The translations under genes and the position numbers were made by a program. A DNA stretch of 64,000 bases from an uncultured delta proteobacterium. Lineage in GTDB: Bacteria; Desulfobacterota; Binatia; JACPRU01. The notes below the pieces were generated by a model, which saw only the letters and a list, made by a program, of their open reading frames with translations, was not told the origin of the DNA and searched no databases. The stretch covers positions 32,001 to 96,000 of the forward strand of contig CAVUWD010000011.1 of the NCBI GenBank assembly GCA_963745025.1, given 5' to 3'. Positions 56,338 through 64,000 of this stretch are shown piece after piece. Position 1 is the first letter of the stretch; each line of letters starts with the position of its first letter.

Positions 56338-57381
56338 TCAGATCCCGCGACCTTCCTCCTGCCGTCGCAGCAGGAAAACGAAAAACGGACCGCCGCAGAG
56401 CGCCGTCAGCACCCCGACGGGAATTTCGGTCGGCGCGAACAACGTGCGCGCGGCCGCGTCGGCCCACACCAGAAAGACCGCGCCGCCGAGAAAGGCGGCG
56501 GGAATCAGTAGCCGCTGGTCCGAGCCGAAGGCCAGGCGCAGACAGTGCGGCACGATGAGGCCGACGAAGCCGATCACGCCGCTCACCGAGACCGACGCGC
56601 CGACGAGGAGAGCGGAGGAGAGAAAGCTGACCGTGCGCACGCGATGGACGTCGGCACCGAGCTGGGTCGCCGTCTCCTCGCCGAGCGCGAGCAGATTCAG
56701 GCTTTGCGCTTGCGTCCAAAGAACGATTGCGGGCGCCACGGTGAGCAGCGTGACCAGCGCGACGAGCGAATACGGGCGCTGCGCCAAGCTGCCGCTCAGC
56801 CAGACGAGCACGCCCTGCGCGCGCAACGAGTCCACCAGCGCGGTCACCAGCATGATCACCGCTGCGGCGATGGTGTTGGCGATCACGCCGACCAGCAGAA
56901 GTGAATACGGATTCAGTCGTCCGTGCACGGTCGAGAGGCGGACGATCGCCGCGAGGGTGGCGAGCGATGCCACGAATGCGGCGCCGGGCACGAGGATCCA
57001 TGCCGGGCCGCCGACGCCGAGGGCGAGCACGCCGATCGCCCCGATCGAGGCTCCCCCAGAAATGCCGATCACGTCGGGACTGGCGAGCGGATTGCGGAGC
57101 AGCGCCTGAAGGGCGGCGCCCGCGGCAGCGAGCCCTCCGCCCACGACGGCGCCGAGCAGCACACGCGGCAAGCGACTACGGAAGAAGATCACGAAGTCGG
57201 CGTTCTCGGGATGGGCGAAGTCGAACACGCGCCTGAAGTCGATCGAGACGCTACCCACCATCGCAGCACCGATCAAGCTGAGAACGAGCAGAGCGCCGAG
57301 CGCGCAGATCACCGTGCGGGCATCCTCGCGGGTCAGCCGCGCCCGCCGCGTGCCCAGTCGCAGGGCTTCAAGCCGAATCAC
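56338..57381 (-). CDS. btuC: cobalamin ABC transporter permease (FecCD family)
   Basis: RLPRVL, LRNPLASP..IGISGGA, LGEETATQLG, GFVGLIVPH. Confidence 0.88.
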   Translation of the reverse strand: MIRLEALRLGTRRARLTREDARTVICALGALLVLSLIGAAMVGSVSIDFRRVFDFAHPENADFVIFFRSRLPRVLLGAVVGGGLAAAGAALQALLRNPLASPDVIGISGGASIGAIGVLALGVGGPAWILVPGAAFVASLATLAAIVRLSTVHGRLNPYSLLLVGVIANTIAAAVIMLVTALVDSLRAQGVLVWLSGSLAQRPYSLVALVTLLTVAPAIVLWTQAQSLNLLALGEETATQLGADVHRVRTVSFLSSALLVGASVSVSGVIGFVGLIVPHCLRLAFGSDQRLLIPAAFLGGAVFLVWADAAARTLFAPTEIPVGVLTALCGGPFFVFLLRRQEEGRGI

Positions 57382-58280
57382 CGAACGCCGGCCTCCCCGG
57401 CAAAGGCCTCGGGATGGATCAGGCGCGCAAGCAGCTCCAATCCTTGCCCGACGCGCGGCCCCGGGCGAAGCACCTCGTCGATGCGAATCGTGTGCACGCG
57501 CCCCGCGCTCGCGGCCTCTAGGCCGAGATCGTCGTAGAACGAGCGCGCGCCGCTCGCCTCGTCGCCCATGCTCGAGTCGATGATCACCTCCGGCGAGATC
57601 TTGACCAAGAACTCGACCGACAGCCGCGGCCAGCGCCCGAGGGCAGCCGCAACGTTCTCGGCTCCGGCCGCGCGGAGCAGCTCGTCGAGCAGGTTCTGAT
57701 CGCCGACGGCGATCAGCGGGTTCTCGCCGACGATCATCAATACGCGGACGCGGCGCAGCGGCGCGACGCGGCGGCGAACGGCGTCGACTTGGCCGCGAAG
57801 CCGCGCGACCAGCTCGCGGCCCGCCTCGGGCCGGCCGGCTTCGCCGGCGATCTTGTCGATCGAGGCGTAGATGTCGGCGAGCGTCGGGCCCTCTTCGACG
57901 ACGACCACCTGAAGGCCGAGTTCGATCAGCGACTCGACCGCCTCGCGGTTTCCCGGGCTCGGCACGGCGATGACCACGTCGGGCCGGTGGGCGACGACCG
58001 CCTCGATGTTCGGCTTCAGATAGGAGCCCACGCGGTCCAAGCGGCGCGCCTGCGGTGGAAAATCGGAGAGATCCGAAACCCCGACGACATCCTCCCCCGC
58101 TCCCACGGCAAAGAGGGTTTCGGTGACGGAGGGCGCCAAGGAGACTATGCGCTTGGCCTGGGCCGCATGTGCGCCCTGGCTACAGGCTACAGGTTTCAGG
58201 CTACAGGAAAAGACAACGACACAAAGAAGGATCCTTGCCGGTAGCCTGTAGCCCGTAGCCGGTAGCCGCCGTGTCCTCAA
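57378..58280 (-). CDS. btuF: cobalamin-binding periplasmic protein
   Basis: RIVSLAPSVTETLFA, PNIEAVVA..PD, RPGPR; TTG start overlapping btuB stop. Confidence 0.85.
   Translation of the reverse strand: MRTRRLPATGYRLPARILLCVVVFSCSLKPVACSQGAHAAQAKRIVSLAPSVTETLFAVGAGEDVVGVSDLSDFPPQARRLDRVGSYLKPNIEAVVAHRPDVVIAVPSPGNREAVESLIELGLQVVVVEEGPTLADIYASIDKIAGEAGRPEAGRELVARLRGQVDAVRRRVAPLRRVRVLMIVGENPLIAVGDQNLLDELLRAAGAENVAAALGRWPRLSVEFLVKISPEVIIDSSMGDEASGARSFYDDLGLEAASAGRVHTIRIDEVLRPGPRVGQGLELLARLIHPEAFAGEAGVR
58178..58267. repeat. GGCTACR heptamer inverted-repeat element, copy 6, inside btuF 5' coding region
   Basis: ggctacaggctacaggtttcaggctacagg ... ccggtagcctgtagcccgtagccggtagcc. Confidence 0.88.
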
Positions 58281-60220
58281 AATTCCCCTCCGACGCCGGC
58301 GAGGAAGGCGAGCGGGCGTGCGTCGAATCCGAGCACCTCCTGATAGTGCTCGTCGAATAGGTTTTCGATCCGCGCGAAGATCTTGAACCGCTTAACGATC
58401 TGGGTCGCGAGCGGCCACGAGTACGTCGACGTCAGGTCGACGCGCTGGTAGGCGGGGTTTTCGCGGGCCGCGAAGCCTGCGGCCGGATCGAAATCGAGCC
58501 GATTCCCCACTAGGAGCAAGCGCGCGTCGGCCGACAGGCGATCGCCGCCCTGCCAGCGGTTCGTCAGCTCGGCAGACACGTGGACGGCTCCGCTCTGGCG
58601 CGGCTTGCGTACGCGACCGTCCGTGCTGGCGTCGATGTCGAGGTACGTGTACTCGCCACCGGCGCGGATGCCTTGCAGCAGCTCCACGTTGAGAATCGCC
58701 TCCACCCCATCGACCGTCGAGGCGCCGACGTTCTCCGCGAGGAAGAGACCGTCCGGCTGTGGCACGCCGACGATCAGATCGGTGACGTGGCGGTGAAAAT
58801 AGTTGGCCGACACCAGCACCCGTTCGTCGGCGAGCGGCTGGTCGAATCCGACGTTCACCTCCCAGCTGTGCTCGGCGTCGAGGTTGGGGTTGCCGAATCC
58901 GGGGAAGAAGAGCTGATTCAGCGACGGCGCCTTGAATCCCTGCGCGTAGGTGGCGCGCAGCCGCGTCTTGGTGGCAGCGACGGCGTAACTCGCTCCGCCC
59001 GACGGGCTCACCGCTTCGCCGAACCGCTGGTTGCCATCGACGCGAACGCCGCCCGTCAGCACCAGGCGGCGATCGTCGAAAAACAGTTGGTGGAGCGTGT
59101 AGCCGGCGACGTTGCCAACGCTCTTGTCGAACACGGTGCGGGAGGTGCCGAAGGTCGGGTCCTCGAAGGTCGAGTCGGCGTTTCCGGACTGATCCTCGTA
59201 CTCGATGCCGATCGTGCTCTCGAGCGTGCCCCCGAGCGAGGAGAGCGTCGCACTCGCGTCGCCGGTATACGTCTGCGAGAGAAAGTCCGAGAAGAGGCTC
59301 GTCGTCTCCGCCGCATCGGCCGGGTCGTCGAACTGCTCGTCCTCGCGCGCGTATGAGAAGCCGATCCGATAACGAAGCGCGGGGTTCAGCGCGTGGCTCC
59401 ACTCCGCGCGCGTGTAGTCGACCTGATCCTTCTGGCGCGCGTTGGGATCCGGCGCGGCGAGAAAGTTGTTGCTCGCGAAGTTACCGAACTCGGAGTTGCC
59501 GATGCGGAAGATGACCCGCGCGGTGCCATTCTCGACGAGGTTGGCGTCGAGCCGCCCCGAGGCCACGGTGTTCTCGTAGTCGTCGTTTTCGGGTTTGAAG
59601 CCGTTGGTATGAATGTGCGAGGCGCTGCCGGAATACGCGAAGATGCCGCTCTGGCCGGAGAACTCGCCGACCTCACGATCGGTGCTCGCGTTGCCGCCGG
59701 ACGCCGCAATCGAGCCGCGCGGCGGTCCGGAGCCCTGGCGAGTAAAGATCTGGATCACCCCGCCGACCGCCTCCGAGCCGTAGAGAGTCCCGCCCCAGCC
59801 GCGTAGCACCTCGATCCGTTCGATGTTCTCGGGCGTGAGACCGGCGAAGTCGAATGCGCCTGTCGTCGTGCTGTTCACGCGGATGCCGTCGATCAGCACG
59901 AGCACCTGATCGGCGTCGGCTCCGCGCATGAGGACCGAGACCACCGAGCCTCGCGACCCGCTCTCGATGACGGTGAGCCCCGGTACCTCGCGGAGCGCGT
60001 CGGCAACGGTCGGGACCTGCTTGCGCTCGAGCTCCTCACCGGTGACTACGGTGATCGCCGGCGCCGTCTCCGAGACGCGCTCCGGCGATCGCGTGGCCGT
60101 GACCACCATGGTATCCATCTCGAGTTCGGCGGGCGGCTTCGCCGCTTCGTCTGCTTCCGCCGAGGCGACCCGCCCGGCCGCCGCTAGCAGGCCCCACACG
60201 ATGATCTGCGTTCGCTTCAT
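58277..60220 (-). CDS. btuB: TonB-dependent cobalamin receptor
   Basis: DTMVVTATRS TonB box, plug VLIDGIR..IERIEVLRG..LYGSEAVGGVI, ENLFD, terminal F; downstream of B12 riboswitch. Confidence 0.88.
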   Translation of the reverse strand: MKRTQIIVWGLLAAAGRVASAEADEAAKPPAELEMDTMVVTATRSPERVSETAPAITVVTGEELERKQVPTVADALREVPGLTVIESGSRGSVVSVLMRGADADQVLVLIDGIRVNSTTTGAFDFAGLTPENIERIEVLRGWGGTLYGSEAVGGVIQIFTRQGSGPPRGSIAASGGNASTDREVGEFSGQSGIFAYSGSASHIHTNGFKPENDDYENTVASGRLDANLVENGTARVIFRIGNSEFGNFASNNFLAAPDPNARQKDQVDYTRAEWSHALNPALRYRIGFSYAREDEQFDDPADAAETTSLFSDFLSQTYTGDASATLSSLGGTLESTIGIEYEDQSGNADSTFEDPTFGTSRTVFDKSVGNVAGYTLHQLFFDDRRLVLTGGVRVDGNQRFGEAVSPSGGASYAVAATKTRLRATYAQGFKAPSLNQLFFPGFGNPNLDAEHSWEVNVGFDQPLADERVLVSANYFHRHVTDLIVGVPQPDGLFLAENVGASTVDGVEAILNVELLQGIRAGGEYTYLDIDASTDGRVRKPRQSGAVHVSAELTNRWQGGDRLSADARLLLVGNRLDFDPAAGFAARENPAYQRVDLTSTYSWPLATQIVKRFKIFARIENLFDEHYQEVLGFDARPLAFLAGVGGEF

Positions 60221-60435
60221 GATTCCCCCTCGGGATCGAGGAGCGCGTCGGGCGACAGGCTCCTTGCCGCAGGGCGCGGCGCGATGACCGAGACGGGAAG
60301 GTCTGCGGGAGGCGACTCCTGCCCGTGAACGAAACGGGGGCTGATTTTTCGGGAGGCTCACTCCTGCCACCTTCCCCTTTCGGAAGGCTCGCCGCCCCGG
60401 AAGCGAAGAACTTCGCCGCCGGGCACCTGGCAGTA

Positions 60436-60621
60436 CCGATCAGGCAGGTCTCCTGGCTCGGGCATCATCCGAAACGAGCGGCCTTCCCATCCTCTGCGTG
60501 AGGACAGTGGCCTTCCCTGCTCGTTTCGTCCGCCCTTACAGTTGCGGGGCAGCGCCGGACTCTCACCGGCTTCCCTCTTTTCCGCTCCGGGCCCCATTGG
60601 TCCGGCGCGGGAACCTGACGG
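60436..60621 (-). ncRNA. cobalamin riboswitch
   Basis: minus strand AAGAGGGAAGCCGGTGAGAGTCCGGCGCTGCCCCGCAACTGT, GCCACTG..TGGGAAGG, B12 box GAGCCAGGAGACCTGCC. Confidence 0.95.
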
Positions 60622-60635
60622 CTATGTCGGCAGCC

Positions 60636-60665
60636 TGTTTAGGGTCCGCCGCAGCGCGATGTCAA
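60636..60665 (-). promoter_or_regulatory. possible sigma70 promoter of the btu/cob operon
   Basis: TTGACA-18 bp-TAAACA just upstream of the riboswitch. Confidence 0.45.
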
Positions 60666-60732
60666 GCTCGAGGCGCGGCAGCTCGAGGTGCAGAACCGCG
60701 GCAAGAGGAGGTCTCCCCTCAGTCTTCGTCAC

Positions 60733-60941
60733 GAATGCTGCGCGAAGATGGAACGCGCGGTCGGTTGTGATCGGCCCGGATTCGGGTCGATCACAACCGA
60801 CCGCAACCGCGCGGAGCGCGGGAGACAATAACCCACCGAATCGGCCTATTGCGTTCAGCGCTTCGCGCTGTTGCGCTTGGTTTTCGTCGATCCGAGTACG
60901 AATCGACGGAAACCAAGCGCGTTTTTCGTGTCCGAGCATCC
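60733..60941. repeat. multi-hairpin repeat element, copy D
   Basis: core 60757-60920 with three hairpins; ends gaatgct / agcatcc. Confidence 0.88.
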
Positions 60942-61019
60942 TACAGAGACTGAGGCCCTACAAGAGGAGCACGAATTCGTTCGTATCGACCGCGCCGGGG
61001 CACCGAGAGCGAAAAGCCG

Positions 61020-62525
61020 CTACCGCTTTCCGCCGAGGATCGAGCCGAGCATCCCGCGCAGGATCTGCCGGCCGAACTGGCTGCCGACCGCGCGGGCCGC
61101 GCTCTTGGCAGCCGTCTGCACCAGCCCGTCGCGATGCCCGCCACGCGGGCCCGTGGAGCCGAAGAGCACGTCCTGGAGCACGCCGGCCTCGCCGAGCGTC
61201 GGCAGGCGCGCTCCCGCTTCGGCCGGCGGAGGCGAGGGCGCGGCCTTGGCTTCCGCACGGCCGCGCAGCTTCTCATACGCCGACTCGCGATCCACCGCCT
61301 GCTCGTAGTGACCGTAGAGCACGGACTGCTTGAGGATCGTCTGGCGCTCGTCCGACGTGATCGGACCGATCTTGCTTCGCGGAGGGCAGATCTTCGCGCG
61401 CTCGACCACGCTCGGGCGCCCCTGGTCGTCGAGCAGGGAAACCAGCGCCTCACCGACGGCGAGCTCGCTGATTGCTTTCTCCACGTCGAGCTTCGGATTC
61501 TGGCGCAGCGTCTCGGCCGCGGCCTTGACCGCCTTCTGATCGCGCGGCGTGAACGCCCGAAGCGCGTGCTGGATGCGGTTGCCGAGCTGGCCGAGCACGA
61601 GATCGGGAACATCGAGAGGATTCTGAGTCACGAAGTAGACACCGACGCCCTTCGAGCGAATCAGCCGCACGACCTGCTCGATCTTCTCCTGCAGCGCCTG
61701 CGGCGTATCGCCGAAGAGCAGATGCGCCTCGTCGAAGAAGAGCACGAGCTTCGGCTTCTCCGGATCGCCGACCTCCGGCAGGCGCTCGAAGAGCTCCGCG
61801 AGCAGCCACATGAGGAACGTCGCGTACATCTTGGGGCGTTGATAGAGCGCCTCGGCAGCGAGAACGTTGACGACGCCGCGGCCCGAAGCGTCAGTCTGCA
61901 TGAGGTCCTCGACGTCGAGCGCGGGCTCGCCGAACACCTTCTCGCCGCCTTCCTGCTCGAGCGTGAGGAGCCCGCGCTGGATGGCACCGATCGACGCGGC
62001 GGAAACGTTGCCGTACTGGGCGATGAACGTCTTCGCGTTCTCACCCACGTATTGGAGCAGCGCGCGCAGGTCCTTGAGATCGAGGAGCAGCAGCCCGTTG
62101 TCGTCCGCGACCTTGAAGACCAGCGTGAGCACCGCGGCCTGCGTGTCGTTCAGGTTGAGCAGGCGGGCCAGGAACAGCGGCCCCATCTCGGAGATGGTCG
62201 TGCGCGCCGGGTGACCGGCTTCGCCGAAGACGTCCCAGAACACGACGGGAGAGCCGGCGAGCTCGAAATTCTCCAAGCCGAGCTCCGTGGCGCGCTCGGT
62301 TACCTTCGGCAGGTTGCCGCCGGGCATGGCGATTCCCGAAAGATCGCCCTTCACGTCGGCGAGAAAGACCGGCACGCCGATCCGCGACAGGCCCTCTGCC
62401 AACACCTGCAACGACACGGTCTTGCCCGTGCCCGTCGCACCGGCGATCAGGCCATGGCGGTTCGCCATCTGCGGCAGCAGCAGGAGCTCGTGCTCGCCCT
62501 TGGCGACGAGGATCGGTTCGGCCAT
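61020..62525 (-). CDS. HerA-like ATPase, DUF853/YjgR family
   Basis: [47 protein letters not shown]. Confidence 0.92.
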   Translation of the reverse strand: MAEPILVAKGEHELLLLPQMANRHGLIAGATGTGKTVSLQVLAEGLSRIGVPVFLADVKGDLSGIAMPGGNLPKVTERATELGLENFELAGSPVVFWDVFGEAGHPARTTISEMGPLFLARLLNLNDTQAAVLTLVFKVADDNGLLLLDLKDLRALLQYVGENAKTFIAQYGNVSAASIGAIQRGLLTLEQEGGEKVFGEPALDVEDLMQTDASGRGVVNVLAAEALYQRPKMYATFLMWLLAELFERLPEVGDPEKPKLVLFFDEAHLLFGDTPQALQEKIEQVVRLIRSKGVGVYFVTQNPLDVPDLVLGQLGNRIQHALRAFTPRDQKAVKAAAETLRQNPKLDVEKAISELAVGEALVSLLDDQGRPSVVERAKICPPRSKIGPITSDERQTILKQSVLYGHYEQAVDRESAYEKLRGRAEAKAAPSPPPAEAGARLPTLGEAGVLQDVLFGSTGPRGGHRDGLVQTAAKSAARAVGSQFGRQILRGMLGSILGGKR

Positions 62526-62538
62526 CGGCGATGTCTCC

Positions 62539-63948
62539 TCAGAACTCGGCGTAGCCCGGCACGCGCGGAAACGGGATCACGTCGCGGATGTTCTGCATGC
62601 CGGTGATGAACTGGACCGCGCGCTCGAAGCCGAGGCCGAAGCCCGCGTGCGGCACCGAGCCATGCTTGCGCAGATCGAGGTACCACCAGTAATCGGCCTC
62701 GGGCAGACCGCACTCGGCGATGCGGCGCTTCAGCACCTCGAGTCGATCCTCGCGCTGCGAGCCGCCGATGATCTCGCCGATGCGCGGCACGAGCACGTCC
62801 ATCGCCCGCACGGTCTTCTCGTCGTCGTTGACGTACATGTAGAACGCCTTGATCCCCCGCGGATAGTCTGTGACGATGAGCGGCTTCTTGAGATGCTCCT
62901 CGGTGAGATAGCGCTCGTGCTCGCTCTGCAGGTCCTTCCCCCACTCCACGGGGAACTCGAAGGTCCTGTCGCTCTTGGTGAGGATCTCGATCGCCTCGCT
63001 GTAGGTGAGGTGCTCGAACGGCGAGGCGATGATGTGCTCGAGCGTGGCAATCGCCGACGCATCGATGCGTTCGTTGAAGAACTTCATGTCGTCCGGACAC
63101 GCCTCCAGCACCGAGCGAAAGAGGTGCTTCAGGAAGGCCTCGGCGACTTCCATGTCTCCTTCGAGATCACAGAAGGCCATCTCGGGCTCGACCATCCAGA
63201 ATTCGGCGAGATGTCGGCTGGTGTTCGAGTTCTCGGCGCGAAAGGTCGGACCGAACGTATAGACGTTGGTGAGCGCGAGCGCGGCGGTCTCCGCCTCGAG
63301 CTGGCCGGAGACGGTGAGGTGGGCCTCGCGCCCGAAGAAGTCTTGCCGAAAATCGACGCGACCCTGCGCGTCGCGCGGCGGCGCGGCGGCGTCGAGGGTC
63401 GACACCCGGAACATCTCGCCTGCGCCCTCGCAGTCGGAGGCCGCGATGATCGGCGAATGCAGCAAGAGGAAGCCGCGACTCTGAAAGAAGTCGTGGATCG
63501 CGCGCGCGGCGGCGTTACGCACGCGGAGCACCGCCCCGAACGTGTTGGTGCGCGCGCGCAGGTGCGCGATCGTGCGCAGGAACTCAAAGGAATGCCGCTT
63601 CTTCTGCAGCGGATAGTCGTCGCCGACTTCTCCCACCACTTCCACACGCGAGGCGTGAATCTCGAACCGCTGCTCCTTGCCCGGCGAGTCGACGAGCTCG
63701 CCGTCGACGGCGACCGCGCAGCCCGCCTGCAAGTGCTTCACCTCGCTCTCGTAGTTGGCGAGCGAGGGCTCGGCGACTGCCTGGATGCCGGCGAAGCACG
63801 AACCGTCGGAGATCTCGAGGAACGAGAGGCCCTTGGCATGGCGCGCCGTCTTGAGCCACCCGCGTACCGTCACCGCCCCTCCCGCGCTCGGCCTCGCCAG
63901 AACGTGCTTCACGCGCTCCGCAGTTCGCATCGACGCCATCGCTTTCAT
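62539..63948 (-). CDS. asnS: asparagine-tRNA ligase
   Basis: [47 protein letters not shown]; start may be 63930. Confidence 0.96.
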   Translation of the reverse strand: MKAMASMRTAERVKHVLARPSAGGAVTVRGWLKTARHAKGLSFLEISDGSCFAGIQAVAEPSLANYESEVKHLQAGCAVAVDGELVDSPGKEQRFEIHASRVEVVGEVGDDYPLQKKRHSFEFLRTIAHLRARTNTFGAVLRVRNAAARAIHDFFQSRGFLLLHSPIIAASDCEGAGEMFRVSTLDAAAPPRDAQGRVDFRQDFFGREAHLTVSGQLEAETAALALTNVYTFGPTFRAENSNTSRHLAEFWMVEPEMAFCDLEGDMEVAEAFLKHLFRSVLEACPDDMKFFNERIDASAIATLEHIIASPFEHLTYSEAIEILTKSDRTFEFPVEWGKDLQSEHERYLTEEHLKKPLIVTDYPRGIKAFYMYVNDDEKTVRAMDVLVPRIGEIIGGSQREDRLEVLKRRIAECGLPEADYWWYLDLRKHGSVPHAGFGLGFERAVQFITGMQNIRDVIPFPRVPGYAEF

Positions 63949-64000
63949 GAATCGCCGAAGCGCTCCGGTTTTTCAACGGCGCTCGAGACGACTCCTTCGA

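Noticed and set aside
61020-62525. HerA-type anti-phage system
   Set aside because: DUF853/YjgR housekeeping-type ATPase downstream of asnS, with no nuclease or Sir2 partner

Overview
High-GC bacterial chromosomal window; the gene repertoire suggests a Binatota/deltaproteobacterium-like organism (inference only). It is mostly acyl-CoA and B12 metabolism: a MeaA/Ecm-type mutase, an epimerase, two split biotin-carboxylase operons, ETF, a FadF-like Fe-S protein, a split methylmalonyl-CoA mutase, a transhydrogenase, and a cobalamin-riboswitch-led btuBFCD-cobSUT operon. It also holds speA/aguA/aguB, ligA, rsmI, an RluA-family gene and asnS. Several genes (ilvB, iclR, etfB, etfA, the Fe-S gene, pnt, a Cys-rich repeat gene) carry clustered single-base indels, probably assembly errors. 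No rRNA, tRNA, CRISPR array or transposase was seen. Most notable observations: (1) a dispersed multi-hairpin repeat family whose stem sequences differ between copies but stay complementary around a conserved core; (2) a GGCTACR heptamer inverted-repeat family, one copy lying in the btuF signal-peptide coding region; (3) an ECF sigma factor coupled to an Ogt protein with a C-terminal Ada Zn domain; (4) a four-gene secreted cassette built around a Zn-PLC/S1-P1-fold protein; (5) a candidate ~105-nt sRNA with its own sigma70 promoter and terminator; (6) a PntA2-PntB fusion; (7) an orphan, degenerate NuoN.
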